DNA from: Dehalococcoidia bacterium
Lineage (GTDB): Bacteria > Chloroflexota > Dehalococcoidia > UBA2979
Direction of reading: 5' to 3'
Assembly: GCA_965262725.1 (NCBI GenBank)
Contig: OZ253555.1
Coordinates: forward strand, 2,688,001 to 2,752,000
Length of the DNA: 64,000 bases
Shown here one piece after another: positions 36,437-48,212 of this stretch. Position numbers and translations under genes: made by a program. Numbering within the stretch: position 1 is the stretch's first letter; every line of letters starts with the position of its first letter. Under the pieces are notes generated by a model. The model worked only from the letters and a program-made list of their open reading frames with translations. It was not told the DNA's origin and ran no database searches.

Positions 36437-37999
36437 TCAGGCCGAAACGGATCCTTCTGCCAGCCGCTCCCGCACCGCCCGGCGCAGCAGCTTCCCGGAG
36501 GCGGTGCGCGGGAGCGGACCCTCCCACACCTCGATGCGACGCGGCAGTTTGTATCCCGCCAGCCGCTCCCTGAGGAAGGCCTCGATCGCGGAGGCGTCCG
36601 GGGACTCGCCCTCGGCGGGGACGATCGCGGCGACCACGACCTGGCCCCATCGCTCATCGGGGAGCCCCACCACCGCGCACTCCGCCACCGCCGAGTGCGC
36701 GGCGAGCGCCCCCTCAACCTCCGCGGGGTACACATTCTCGCCGCCGCTCACCACAAGGTCGTCCCGGCGATCGGCCACCGTGAGGTGACCGTCGGCATCA
36801 AGCGCACCGAGATCACCGGTGTGCAGCCAGTGCCCTCCGCCACGCTGCGGCGGGCGGTTCAGGTAGCCGGGGGAGACGGTCGGGCCAGAGACCAGGATCT
36901 CGCCGACCTCGCCGGGCCCGGCGAGGCGGCCGTCCACGTCGATCGCGACCGACACGTCGAGCAGGGGGTGCCCGGAGGACCGCGGGCGGCGGCGCGCCTC
37001 TCCCGGGGCGAGCGTCGTCACCTGCGACGCCGCCTCGGTCAGTCCGTACGTGGGTGCGACCGGAAGCCCTCGCTCCTCGGCCCGCGCGAGCAAGTCCGCG
37101 GGCGCGCCAGCGCCCCCGATCAGGACCGCCCGCACCGACGGAGGGTACTCGGGGAGGTCGCGATCGTGGTCGAGCAGGCGCCTGAGCATCGCCGGCACCA
37201 GCGAGACGAGGGTCACGCCCTCCTCGCGCAGCGCGCGGCTCACGGCAGATTCGTCGAAGCGACGGTGCACGACCGCGGTCGTCCCGGCGAGCACCGAGCG
37301 AATGAGGATCGAGAGACCGCCGACGTGGTAGAGCGGCAGCGGCGCGAGCCAGCGATCCTCCGCACGGACGCCGAGAAGGAACGCCGAGCCGACCGCGCTC
37401 GCGAGCAGGTTGCCGTGGGTGAGGAGGGCAGCCTTCGGCCGGCCCGAGGTACCGGAGGTGTAGAGCGCGCTGTGCACGGCGCCAAGGTCGACGAGGGACT
37501 CGTCGGAGAGCGTCCCGCCGGGCCGTTCGCTAGCCGTGTCCCCGTCCCCCGAGTACTGCTCCGCGCGAAGCAGGGAGGGCAGCGCCCCCGGATCCGCCCC
37601 TGCCTCCGAGAGCGCCGCCTCGGCGAGTGCCCTGTGCTCCTCGTCGGCGAGTAGGAGCGCCGCCCCGGAGTCGACGAGCTGCCACGCGATCTCGGCGGGG
37701 GTCAGTCGCGCGTTGAGTGGCAGCAGCATCGCGCCCGCGCGCGGCACGGCGTGCGAGAGGACGCAGAGCGTCGCGTCGTTCGCGGCGAGCACCGCGATGG
37801 GCTCGCGAGTGATGGGCTGCTCCCGTGCGGCCCGGAGGGCGCTGGCGGCCCGCGCGACCCGGGTCTCGAGCTCCCCGTAGCGGAGCGTCCCGGAAGGTGT
37901 CTCGACCGCCGGGTGCTCGCGGTGCGTGCGCGCGCGCCGCGCCAGCCAGTCGGGGATCAGGCGCGGCTCCCGGGCCCCCTCGACCGCGCCGCTGCTCAC
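36437..37999 (-). CDS. menE: O-succinylbenzoate-CoA ligase
   Basis: YTSGTSGRPK, PLYHVGG, TYGLTEAASQ, SGGENVYP, GYKLP; men operon context. Confidence 0.92.
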   Translation of the reverse strand: MSSGAVEGAREPRLIPDWLARRARTHREHPAVETPSGTLRYGELETRVARAASALRAAREQPITREPIAVLAANDATLCVLSHAVPRAGAMLLPLNARLTPAEIAWQLVDSGAALLLADEEHRALAEAALSEAGADPGALPSLLRAEQYSGDGDTASERPGGTLSDESLVDLGAVHSALYTSGTSGRPKAALLTHGNLLASAVGSAFLLGVRAEDRWLAPLPLYHVGGLSILIRSVLAGTTAVVHRRFDESAVSRALREEGVTLVSLVPAMLRRLLDHDRDLPEYPPSVRAVLIGGAGAPADLLARAEERGLPVAPTYGLTEAASQVTTLAPGEARRRPRSSGHPLLDVSVAIDVDGRLAGPGEVGEILVSGPTVSPGYLNRPPQRGGGHWLHTGDLGALDADGHLTVADRRDDLVVSGGENVYPAEVEGALAAHSAVAECAVVGLPDERWGQVVVAAIVPAEGESPDASAIEAFLRERLAGYKLPRRIEVWEGPLPRTASGKLLRRAVRERLAEGSVSA

Positions 38000-39195
38000 G
38001 GCCCGGCCCACGCACCGAGGGCGGAAGGTCCGGGCAGCCCGCTCGCCGCGCGCGCCACGGACCACGGTCCGGTCGCGCAGCGCTCGATCGCCGACTCCTC
38101 GGGGGCGATGCCGAGACCAGGCGCCGCGGGGAGCGCCATGCGGCCGCGCTCGGGGAGAAGCGGCACCGCGACGAGGTCCTGCCCGAGCGAGAGGCCCGTG
38201 GCAAGGCCGTGCGCTCGGCCGGCACCGGATCCCGCACCGGCGAGGGCGGCGCCGGCCTCGACGACGGATGCGAGTTGCAGTGCGAGCGCCGTTCCCAGCG
38301 ATGAGTCGACCGTCGTGGTGACGAAGGCGCCGATCCCCGCGCAGCGGGCGCGCTCGGCGAGCCGCGCCGCCGCGATCACGCCCCCCAGCACCGCCGGCTT
38401 TAGCACGAACAGGTCGGCGGCGCGCTCGGCGAGCACGAGCTCGGCGAGCCGCGGATCCCCGAGCGCCTCGTCGGCGGCCAGCGGGATCGTGGAGATCCCC
38501 CGCAGCCGGAGCAGGGCCGGCACATCACTCGCGGGGAGCGGCTGCTCGATGAGCTCGATGTCGAAGGCCGCGAGGCGCTCCACGGCGAGCCTCGCCAGCG
38601 GCTCCCGCCACGCGCCGTTCGCGTCGAGGCGGATGCGGGCCCGGGGGCACGCCGCGCGCAGCGCCTCGACGCGGGCGATGTCGACGGCGAGACCCTCGAC
38701 CCCGACCTTGAGCTTCAGGGTCCCGAAGCCCGCGTGGGCCAGGGCGCGGCCGGCTGCCGCCACCGCGGGCGGTGCCGTGACATCGGCGTCTATGACGGCG
38801 TTCACGTCGAGCGTTGCTTTCGGCCGCGGCGGCTCACCTGAGGCACTGATCAGGGCGGCCATGGGCACGCCGCGGCGCTGCGCGGCGAGGTCGAGCAGCG
38901 CCGACTCAAGAGCGCAGCGAAGCGCCGGCGGCGCGCGCGCCGGCTCCTGAAGGAGCTCCGGCGCCTCCGACGCGAGCAGGGTCGCGAGGGCGGCCGCGCC
39001 GGGCTGGTCCGGAAGGGGAAGGGGCAGCGCCTCGCCCCATCCTCTCCACGGCCCATCCTCGACAGCGAGCACCAGCCCCTCGCGCACGCGCAGGGTGCCG
39101 GCGGCGCCCGGCAGTGCCGAGCGGTGCGAGTCCGCGAGCGGAAGACGTACGGGACGCCAGCGAAGGCGTGCCCCGTTCATCGGGACGGATGCCAT
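37996..39195 (-). CDS. menC: O-succinylbenzoate synthase
   Basis: KLKVG, IRLDANGAW, IEQP, AADE, LKP, HGLAT. Confidence 0.88.
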   Translation of the reverse strand: MASVPMNGARLRWRPVRLPLADSHRSALPGAAGTLRVREGLVLAVEDGPWRGWGEALPLPLPDQPGAAALATLLASEAPELLQEPARAPPALRCALESALLDLAAQRRGVPMAALISASGEPPRPKATLDVNAVIDADVTAPPAVAAAGRALAHAGFGTLKLKVGVEGLAVDIARVEALRAACPRARIRLDANGAWREPLARLAVERLAAFDIELIEQPLPASDVPALLRLRGISTIPLAADEALGDPRLAELVLAERAADLFVLKPAVLGGVIAAARLAERARCAGIGAFVTTTVDSSLGTALALQLASVVEAGAALAGAGSGAGRAHGLATGLSLGQDLVAVPLLPERGRMALPAAPGLGIAPEESAIERCATGPWSVARAASGLPGPSALGAWAGP

Positions 39196-39232
39196 CGCTC
39201 CGACGGGAACATGCGATGCCGGCCGCCGGGGT

Positions 39233-40168
39233 TCACAGCGCGACGCCGAGCGCGAGCAGGGCGCTGAAGACCAGGTGGAGCCGCGCCGTCTCGCGGAGCG
39301 CCCGGTTGAGCGGCGGCCCGGCGGTCTCCCTGAAGACCGCGAGGCCCGGCCGCACGGCGAGCGGGAGGCTTGCCGCGACGAGCAGAACGAGATGCCCGAA
39401 GGGACCGGCGAGCCAGAGCGCCGCCACGAGCGCGTAGGCCCCGGCGACGAGCGCCGCGTAGAGCGCGCGCGTGGCGGGGCGGCCGATGAGGACGGCGAGC
39501 GTCCGCTTACCCGTCGCGCGGTCGGTCTCGATGTCGCGCACGTTGTTCACGACGAGAATCGCGGTGACTGTGCAGCCGACCGGCAGCGCCGCCATGAGCG
39601 GTCCCGCCTCCAAGACGCCCGCCTGCACAAAATAGGTCCCCGCCACCGCCACCGGCCCAAAGAAGACGAAGGTGAACGGCTCCCCGAGGCCGCGGTAGCC
39701 GAAGGGCCAGGGCCCCCCGCTGTAGGCGAGGGCGGCGGCTATGGAAGCGAGCCCGATCGCGACGACGGGCCAGCCGGCGACCGCCGTGAGGTAGACGCCA
39801 CAGAGCGCGGCCACAGCGAACGCGGCCCACATACCGCCCACGACCTGCCGCTCCGTGAGCAGGCCGAGCTGCGTGACCCGGGGCGGACCGATGCGCTCCG
39901 CGGTGTCCGAGCCCTTGCGGAAGTCCGAGACGTCGTTCGCGAGGTTCGCGCCGACCTGAATCGCGACCGCACCGGCGAGCGCGGCGAGGGCCGACCCCGC
40001 CACAAAGCGGCCGTCCCCCACGGCGAGCCCGGTCCCGACGAGAACGGGCGCGACAGCGGCGGTCAGGGTCGGCGGGCGAACCGCCAGCAGCCAGCGGCGC
40101 CACGTGCGCGTGCCGGCCTTCGGGAGTCCGCGCGCCGCGCCCGCGGCGCCACTCCCGTCTCCGCTCAC
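39233..40168 (-). CDS. menA: DHNA polyprenyltransferase
   Basis: RPPTL, NLANDVSDF..GSD, YRGLGE, NNVRDIETD, GKRTLAV. Confidence 0.95.
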   Translation of the reverse strand: MSGDGSGAAGAARGLPKAGTRTWRRWLLAVRPPTLTAAVAPVLVGTGLAVGDGRFVAGSALAALAGAVAIQVGANLANDVSDFRKGSDTAERIGPPRVTQLGLLTERQVVGGMWAAFAVAALCGVYLTAVAGWPVVAIGLASIAAALAYSGGPWPFGYRGLGEPFTFVFFGPVAVAGTYFVQAGVLEAGPLMAALPVGCTVTAILVVNNVRDIETDRATGKRTLAVLIGRPATRALYAALVAGAYALVAALWLAGPFGHLVLLVAASLPLAVRPGLAVFRETAGPPLNRALRETARLHLVFSALLALGVAL

Positions 40169-40226
40169 CGCCGTGCCCGCCCGACCGGCGGAAGCGGCAC
40201 GGGCCGCCTCCCCTCGACCGGGCGCA

Positions 40227-41060
40227 TCACGGGAGCCGGGGGAAGCGCGTGAAGTCCGGTTCTCTCTTCTCCAGGAAGGCGCGCTTCCCCTCCTTCGCCT
40301 CGTCGGTGAAGTAGAAGAGCATGGTCGCGTCGCCGGCTAGCTGCTGCAGACCCGCGGCGCCGTCGGTGTCGGCGAGGAATCCCGCCTTCAGCATGCGGAT
40401 CGCTATCGGCGAGTGCCGCAGGATCTCCCCCGCCCAGCGCTCGCCCTCCTCGGCGAGCTGGTCGAGCGGCACCACGGCGTTCACCAGCCCCATCTCGAGC
40501 GCCTGCTGCGCGTCGTACTGCCTGCAGAGATACCAGATCTCACGCGCCTTCTTGTGCCCGACGATGCGTGCAAGCATCGAGGCGCCGAAGCCCGCGTCGA
40601 AGGAGCCGACGCGCGGCCCGGTCTGCCCGAACCGCGCGTTGTCGGCAGCGATCGTGAGATCGCAGACCACGTGCAGCACGTGCCCGCCGCCGATGGCCCA
40701 TCCGGCGACGAGGGCGATCACGGGCTTCGGCATCGTGCGAATGAAGCGCTGAAGCGGGAGGACGTTGAGGCGGGGCACTCCGTCGTCGCCGACGTAGCCG
40801 CCCTCACCGCGCACACGCTGGTCGCCGCCGGAGCAAAAGGCGCGGCCACCGGCCCCGGTGAGCAGCACCACGCCAACGTCGGGATCCTCGCTGGCGAGCT
40901 CGAAGGCCTGCGACATCTCGGTCAGCGTCAGAGGACGGAAGGCGTTGTGCACCTCGGGACGGTTGATCGTGATCCGCGCCACGCCCGCGCCGGGGCGCAC
41001 CAGAGCGCGCTCGTAGAGGATGTCCTGAAAGCTCTCCACGGGCTGCCAGTCCAGCGTCAT
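40227..41060 (-). CDS. menB: DHNA-CoA synthase
   Basis: [34 protein letters not shown]. Confidence 0.97.
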   Translation of the reverse strand: MTLDWQPVESFQDILYERALVRPGAGVARITINRPEVHNAFRPLTLTEMSQAFELASEDPDVGVVLLTGAGGRAFCSGGDQRVRGEGGYVGDDGVPRLNVLPLQRFIRTMPKPVIALVAGWAIGGGHVLHVVCDLTIAADNARFGQTGPRVGSFDAGFGASMLARIVGHKKAREIWYLCRQYDAQQALEMGLVNAVVPLDQLAEEGERWAGEILRHSPIAIRMLKAGFLADTDGAAGLQQLAGDATMLFYFTDEAKEGKRAFLEKREPDFTRFPRLP

Positions 41061-41971
41061 CTCGTCCCCGCCATCCCCTCCCGACGCGTCGAATGGGCCG
41101 CGTCCTCACCGTCGAGGAATCGCAGCACCGCCTCGGCGAACGCCCGCGGCCGCTCCAGGTGCGCGGCGTGCCCGGCACCCTCGATCCGCTCCATCGTAGC
41201 GTTCGGGAGCGCGTGCGCCATCTCGCGAGCGATCGCCGTGAACTTCTCGTCGAGCGCGCCCGTGAGGAGGAGCGTGGGGGCGCGGAGCGAGCCGAGCTCC
41301 TCCCACAGCGAGGGCTGCCTTCCGACGCTCATGCCCCGCAACGCACGGGCGAGCCCACCCGCGTCGTTCCCCAACCGCTGCGCGCGGAGCCGCGCCCGCA
41401 CCGTCTCCGGGAGGGAGCGCTGCGAGCTCCAGAGTGGGAGCCGCTCCCACTCCTCCACGAAGGCCGTCACTCCGATCCGCTCGATGCGTCCGGCCAGCGC
41501 GTCGTCGGCCCGCGCGCGCTCCTTGCGCTCGCGGGAGTCGGCGAGGCCGGCGGTCGCGCCCTCGAGCACGAGCGCCGCGACGCTCGCCGGGTGGCGCGCG
41601 GCAAGCAGCAGCGCCACGCGGCCGCCGAGCGAATAGCCGAGCCAGCGCGCCTGCTCGTGGTCGAGCGTGCCGAGCACCGAGACGAGATCGTCGGCGACGC
41701 GCTCGATGGCGTAGCGGGTTTCCGCCTCCGGCGCGTCGCTCGCCCCGTGCCCGATCAGGTCGACGGCGACGACCGCGTGCCCCGCCCCCGCGAGCGAGGT
41801 CGCCAGGTCCTCCCAGGTCGAGGCCGAGCCGGTGAAGCCGTGCAGCAGCACGACCGGCGGGATCCCCGCAGCAGGCGGGCGCGCCGCCGGCTGCCGCAGC
41901 TCGACGTGGAACGAGACACCTTCGACCGCGAGGCGGCGCGACCCGGAGCGCCCCGTGGGCGGTCCGCTCAT
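41057..41971 (-). CDS. menH: SHCHC synthase
   Basis: [25 protein letters not shown]. Confidence 0.93.
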   Translation of the reverse strand: MSGPPTGRSGSRRLAVEGVSFHVELRQPAARPPAAGIPPVVLLHGFTGSASTWEDLATSLAGAGHAVVAVDLIGHGASDAPEAETRYAIERVADDLVSVLGTLDHEQARWLGYSLGGRVALLLAARHPASVAALVLEGATAGLADSRERKERARADDALAGRIERIGVTAFVEEWERLPLWSSQRSLPETVRARLRAQRLGNDAGGLARALRGMSVGRQPSLWEELGSLRAPTLLLTGALDEKFTAIAREMAHALPNATMERIEGAGHAAHLERPRAFAEAVLRFLDGEDAAHSTRREGMAGTR

Positions 41972-43818
41972 CGCCCGGCGGAGGCGCCGGCGTTCGCCGC
42001 TCTGAGCGCCTCGGCGACTCCGGTCCACAGCTCGCGGTGGAGCTCCACGTTGCGATCGCGATCCGTGCGGAGCTCGAGCACGGTGAGACCGGGCGATCCG
42101 ACCGCGGCGGCGATGGCATCCCGCATCTCGCGAGCATGAGCTGGCAGCAGCGAGTGGCGACCCCCGAAGAGCGCGGCGGCGGCGGCCGCGTCGAGCCCGG
42201 CCGGCGTGCCGAACCAGGGCTCGAAGAGCCCGGGAAGGGCCTCCCGCTGGGGCAGGAAGTGGAAGATGCCGCCGCCGTCGTTGTGAACGAGCACGACGGC
42301 AAGCGAGAGGTGGTGACGTGCGACCACCCAGAGGCCGGTGAGGTCGTGGAGGAAGGAGAGGTCGCCGACGAGCAGGCCGACGGGGCCGGCTCGCTGCTCG
42401 GCGGCCACGAGCGCCGCGCCCGCCGCCGTGGAGGCGACCCCGTCGATCCCCGACGCCCCTCGGGTCCCCACGATCCGGAGCCGCCGCCCGACCGCGGGCA
42501 CGAAGCCGTCGACGTCTCGCACGGGCATGCTGTTACCGCAGACCAGCGTTCCGCCGTCGGGGAGTGCCTCAGCGAGGGCCCGCGCCGCCCAGCCCTCGAA
42601 CGGCTCGCCGCGGGCATCGATCTCCGCGAGGCCCCGATCGAGGGCCGCGCACGCGATCGCGTCGGCCTCGCGCCAGCCCGAGAGCCAGTCCGGCGCGGGA
42701 GGCGGCACGCCCTCGACGGCGTCGGCGAGCGCGGAGGCGAAGACCTCGGGCTCCGCGCGCAGCATCACCGCCGAGGCCGACGGGTCGCGCCACGCACCGC
42801 CCTCGTCGACCACATACTCGCGAAGCGAGCCCGCTCCATGCAGGCCCTCAAGCCAGGTCACGAGCGGCCTCGACGTCGGCTGCGCACCGAAGCGGATCAC
42901 AATCTCGGGAGCGAGCCTCTCGGCGGCGGACGGCTCGCGCAGGATCGCGTCGTAGCTCGCGATCACGCCCTCCGCCGCCGTGGCCACGCGGAGCCCGGAG
43001 AGCGGATCGGCGAGGATCGGCCAGCCGAGGGCGGCGCCGAGCCGCACCACGGCGTCGACCGGGAGCCCCGGCGACTCCGGTCCACAGACGAGCAATCCCC
43101 GGTGCCCCGCGCTCACCGCTCCGAGCGCCCGCACCTCCCCCGCCGGGGGAGAGAGCGGCGCGATGCGCGACGGCGGGAGAAGCGGCAACGACTCCGCCGC
43201 GGCGGCCGCACGGCGCGGCGGATCCCCAGGGGCGGCGACCAGCGGCTCGCGGAAGGGGAGGTTCAGGTGCACGCAGCCGGCCGGGGGCCCGGCCGCCGCC
43301 TGAACGGCGCGCGCGCCGAGCTGGCGCGCATGCGCGAGCAGTGCCGCCGGCGCCTCGCCCTCGGCGGGGGCACACGGCGCCTCGGCCGACCAGCGCGCGT
43401 GCGAGCCGAAGAGCCGCAGCTGGTCGATCGCCTGCGGCGCGCCCACGTCGTGTAGCTCCGGCGGCCGGTCCGCAGTCAGAATCAGGAGCGGGACGCGAGA
43501 GAGCGAGGCCTCGACAGCGGCCGGAAGCAGGTTCGCCGCAGCCGTCCCCGAGGTGCAGACCACGGCGACCGGGCGGCCGCTCTGCCTCGCGATCCCGAGG
43601 GCAAAGTACCCCGCCGCTCGCTCGTCGACGTGGAGCAGCGGTCGAATCCCCGGCTCGCCCGCGACGGCGAGCACCAGCGGCGTGGAGCGCGACCCCGGGC
43701 AGATCACGACGTGCCGCACACCGGCCGCTGCCATCTGCCGCACGAGCACGCGTGCAAGGGCGCCGCCGGGCGTCGCGGCTGCGGGCAAGGGCGGCGACGT
43801 GCCGCGGCTCTCGGACAC
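41968..43818 (-). CDS. menD: SEPHCHC synthase
   Basis: PGSRSTPL, DERAA, TSGTAAAN, TADRP, RGASGIDG, GDLSFLHD, NDGGGIF. Confidence 0.96.
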   Translation of the reverse strand: MSESRGTSPPLPAAATPGGALARVLVRQMAAAGVRHVVICPGSRSTPLVLAVAGEPGIRPLLHVDERAAGYFALGIARQSGRPVAVVCTSGTAAANLLPAAVEASLSRVPLLILTADRPPELHDVGAPQAIDQLRLFGSHARWSAEAPCAPAEGEAPAALLAHARQLGARAVQAAAGPPAGCVHLNLPFREPLVAAPGDPPRRAAAAAESLPLLPPSRIAPLSPPAGEVRALGAVSAGHRGLLVCGPESPGLPVDAVVRLGAALGWPILADPLSGLRVATAAEGVIASYDAILREPSAAERLAPEIVIRFGAQPTSRPLVTWLEGLHGAGSLREYVVDEGGAWRDPSASAVMLRAEPEVFASALADAVEGVPPPAPDWLSGWREADAIACAALDRGLAEIDARGEPFEGWAARALAEALPDGGTLVCGNSMPVRDVDGFVPAVGRRLRIVGTRGASGIDGVASTAAGAALVAAEQRAGPVGLLVGDLSFLHDLTGLWVVARHHLSLAVVLVHNDGGGIFHFLPQREALPGLFEPWFGTPAGLDAAAAAALFGGRHSLLPAHAREMRDAIAAAVGSPGLTVLELRTDRDRNVELHRELWTGVAEALRAANAGASAGR

Positions 43819-43866
43819 GTGTACCTCCAGGCCGGAGCGAGCCGCGCGGTGGGCGCGCGACAGGGG

Positions 43867-45288
43867 CTAGGCTCCGGCGGCTCCGTCGACGGGCGCGAGC
43901 CCCAGCGCCTCCGCGAGCGGGCGGAACTTGAGCTCGACCTCAGCGAGCTCGTCGGCGGGCTCCGAGTCGCCCATGATACCGGCGCCGGCGAAGAGCCACG
44001 CGCGTTCCCGTCTAACGAGCGCGGAGCGCAGCGCGACGGCAAACTCGCCGTCGCCGGCGGCGTCCAGCCAGCCGACGGGCCCGCCGTACCAGCCGCGGTC
44101 GAACCGCTCGTGCTCCGCGATCACGTGCAGCGCCCGCTCCGTGGGCCAGCCGCCCACGGCCGGCGTCGGGTGGAGCCTCTCGATGAGATCCAGCACATCG
44201 ACGCCGGGCGAGACCTCCCCCCGCACCTCCGTCGCCAGATGCTGGATGTTGCGCAGGCGCAACAGCCCGGGCTGGTTCGGCGCACGCAGCCAGCGGCTCG
44301 CCGGCAGCAGTGCCTCGCGGATCGCCCGCACCACGATCTCGTGCTCGATGCGATCCTTCGCGCTCGCCTGCAGCTCGCGGCCGAGACGCTCGTCCTCCTC
44401 CGCATCCGCACCGCGCTGCGTCGACCCCGCGAGCCCGAGCGCGCACATGGTCCCGCGCCGGAGGCTCACGAGGAGCTCGGGGCTCGCCCCCAGGAAGGTC
44501 GCGTCGCCACGGGACACGCTGAAGAGGTGACAGTCGGGGTAGCCGCCGCGGAGGCGACGGAGCGCGCGTCCCCGATCTATCGGCCCCCCGGAGGCGAGTT
44601 CGCGGCAGGTGGCGAGCACGGCCTTCTCGTAGAGGCCGGCACGCACCTCGGAGGCGATGCGGTCGACGTTCGCGCGCCAGCGCTCCGCATCGACCTCGCA
44701 CGCGACGCGGGCGCCGCCTGCGGCCTCGGGCGCTCCGGATCCGTCCGGGGACACATCGTCACCTCGGGCGAGAACCTCCAGCAGCTCGGCGAGCCGATCC
44801 GCTGTGACACCGGGCGAGAGCACGACGCCGCTCTCGCCGCCGTCGCGCACGAAGAGCATCTCGGGGAGGACGAGGGCCCCCCGGCCAAAGCCGTCCCACG
44901 GCACGAGCGGAGACTCGTTCACCGATCCCGCCGCGCCCGGGAGATCGAGGGATGTCGCCCCGAAGGAGAATCCTCCGAGCAGCCGGGGGCGCAGGACCTC
45001 GGCCTCCGCGTCGGCGGGCGCACGCAGGAGCTCCGCGGCGCCGGCCCGCAGCGCGGCCGCGCTCCCGCCGGGCGGGAGCTCCACGCGTCCGGCCTCGCCG
45101 ATCGCGATGAGCGAGAAACCTCTGTCGGACCGCTCGTAGGAGGAGGTCACGCCCCAGCGCTGCACGTCATTCAGAAGGCGGTCGAAGTCGATCTCAGGCG
45201 GCACGCGCAGCCCGCGGAACCCCGTCTCGGAACGCGCGGCTGCGCGACGCGTCACTTCCCTCAGGCCGGAACCGGAGGTGACCATCAC
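43867..45288 (-). CDS. menF: Isochorismate synthase
   Basis: KAVLA, GASPELL, LAGS, KDRIEH, LHPTPAVGG, RGWYGGP, AGAGI. Confidence 0.93.
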   Translation of the reverse strand: MMVTSGSGLREVTRRAAARSETGFRGLRVPPEIDFDRLLNDVQRWGVTSSYERSDRGFSLIAIGEAGRVELPPGGSAAALRAGAAELLRAPADAEAEVLRPRLLGGFSFGATSLDLPGAAGSVNESPLVPWDGFGRGALVLPEMLFVRDGGESGVVLSPGVTADRLAELLEVLARGDDVSPDGSGAPEAAGGARVACEVDAERWRANVDRIASEVRAGLYEKAVLATCRELASGGPIDRGRALRRLRGGYPDCHLFSVSRGDATFLGASPELLVSLRRGTMCALGLAGSTQRGADAEEDERLGRELQASAKDRIEHEIVVRAIREALLPASRWLRAPNQPGLLRLRNIQHLATEVRGEVSPGVDVLDLIERLHPTPAVGGWPTERALHVIAEHERFDRGWYGGPVGWLDAAGDGEFAVALRSALVRRERAWLFAGAGIMGDSEPADELAEVELKFRPLAEALGLAPVDGAAGA

Positions 45289-45426
45289 GGGCGCCGCCGT
45301 CCCCGTGACGGGGGGCCCACCCGGGCAGTCGACCCAGCGTTGCGCGCTCGGATCACCCCGTAGCTCCCTCGCCAGCGGCGCGCGCCGTCACCCGCGCGCG
45401 GTGGAGAGGCCCCGCGGGCCCCGCTC

Positions 45427-45448
45427 AGTGTAGGAGCGCACAATTCTA
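45427..45448 (-). promoter_or_regulatory. Candidate -10 elements of the men operon
   Basis: Minus-strand TAGAAT (45448-45443) and TACACT (45432-45427) in GC-rich surroundings. Confidence 0.4.
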
Positions 45449-45687
45449 GGCGCCCGTCAGTGCGAGCCTCGAGTCCGAGCCACATCAGGTAGCCGGCAGC
45501 GCGCCCGTCGCGGACCGCACGCTTCCGGGTGCGCAGCAGCAACACGCCCGTCCCATGGTCCGCGTGTTCCAGTGGCCGCGCCCGCTCCTACGCTCTGGGC
45601 GCCAAGCAGGCGATCGGGGCTCTCATGGGAGCATTGAGCACCGCGGCGGAGGCGGGTGCGCCCACCCTCCCGATGTGGTAGTCATCC

Positions 45688-45888
45688 ATGGCGGGTCGCG
45701 AGGCGATCGGGGAGGGCGAGATGGGCTTCCACAAGATCGGGGAGAGCGGGGTCGAGGGTAAGTGCTCGCTCTGCGGCACCTACGTCATCAAGGGCGGCGT
45801 CCCCTTCGGCACCAAGTCCGTGCTCTGCGGCGAGTGCGGCGAGCGGCGGGACCGGATCGCTTACCACGAGACTGCGGGACGGCGCTAG
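45688..45888 (+). CDS. Small CxxC..CxxC (zinc ribbon-like) protein
   Basis: CSLC..CGEC; GC3-rich codons; alternative ATG at 45721 with GGGGAGG. Confidence 0.6.
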   Translation: MAGREAIGEGEMGFHKIGESGVEGKCSLCGTYVIKGGVPFGTKSVLCGECGERRDRIAYHETAGRR

Positions 45889-45903
45889 GGTTACCTCACC
45901 CCG

Positions 45904-46302
45904 GTGCGTCGTTTCACTCGCGAGTGGGGCCGGCGCCGTCCGCAGGCCATCGCCGCCGCGCGTGGCGCGACGGCACCGTGCATCCCGGTCCCCGGGGTAG
46001 CGAGGCGCGGCGCGAACCCGCAGCACGTGATCTATGGCGGTCTTCCCGACGATCCGTCACGGGCATGGATCTCCCTGTTGCTCGTCGACGAGAAGCATCA
46101 GGGCCACGGCTACAGGCGAGCGGCCGTCTCGGCCGTCATCCGCGAACAGCACCGGCGGATGCCGCCATCACGCGAGCTGGGCCTGTCGTATAGGCCGGGC
46201 AACCGCCCGGCGGAGAACCTGTATGCGTCCCTGGGCTTTCGGGCGACCGGAGTCGATGACCGGGGCAACGTCGTCGCGTGGCTCACGCTCGCTCAGGACT
46301 AG
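45904..46302 (+). pseudogene. GNAT acetyltransferase C-terminal fragment, possibly a pseudogene
   Basis: LLVDEKHQGHGY, LSYRPGNRPAENLYASLGF; N-terminus not GNAT-like and no RBS. Confidence 0.55.
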
Positions 46303-46392
46303 ACCGTCCGAGCCAGGCCCCGGTTCGGGCGCGATCCGGCGATCGCCGCCCACAGCCAGTGCCACATATACTCGGCTCCGCGACGGAGGTGC

Positions 46393-48144
<1,752 letters not shown>

Positions 48145-48212
48145 CGTCCCGATCGCAAGCCGCCTGCCCGGCCCTGCGCGCGAGCCCCGGGCCTGACGGA
48201 GGAGGCGAGTCG

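Noticed and set aside
45886-45888. Pyrrolysine or programmed amber readthrough
   Set aside because: No pyl genes in the window, TAG is a common real stop here, and the linker is not protein-like
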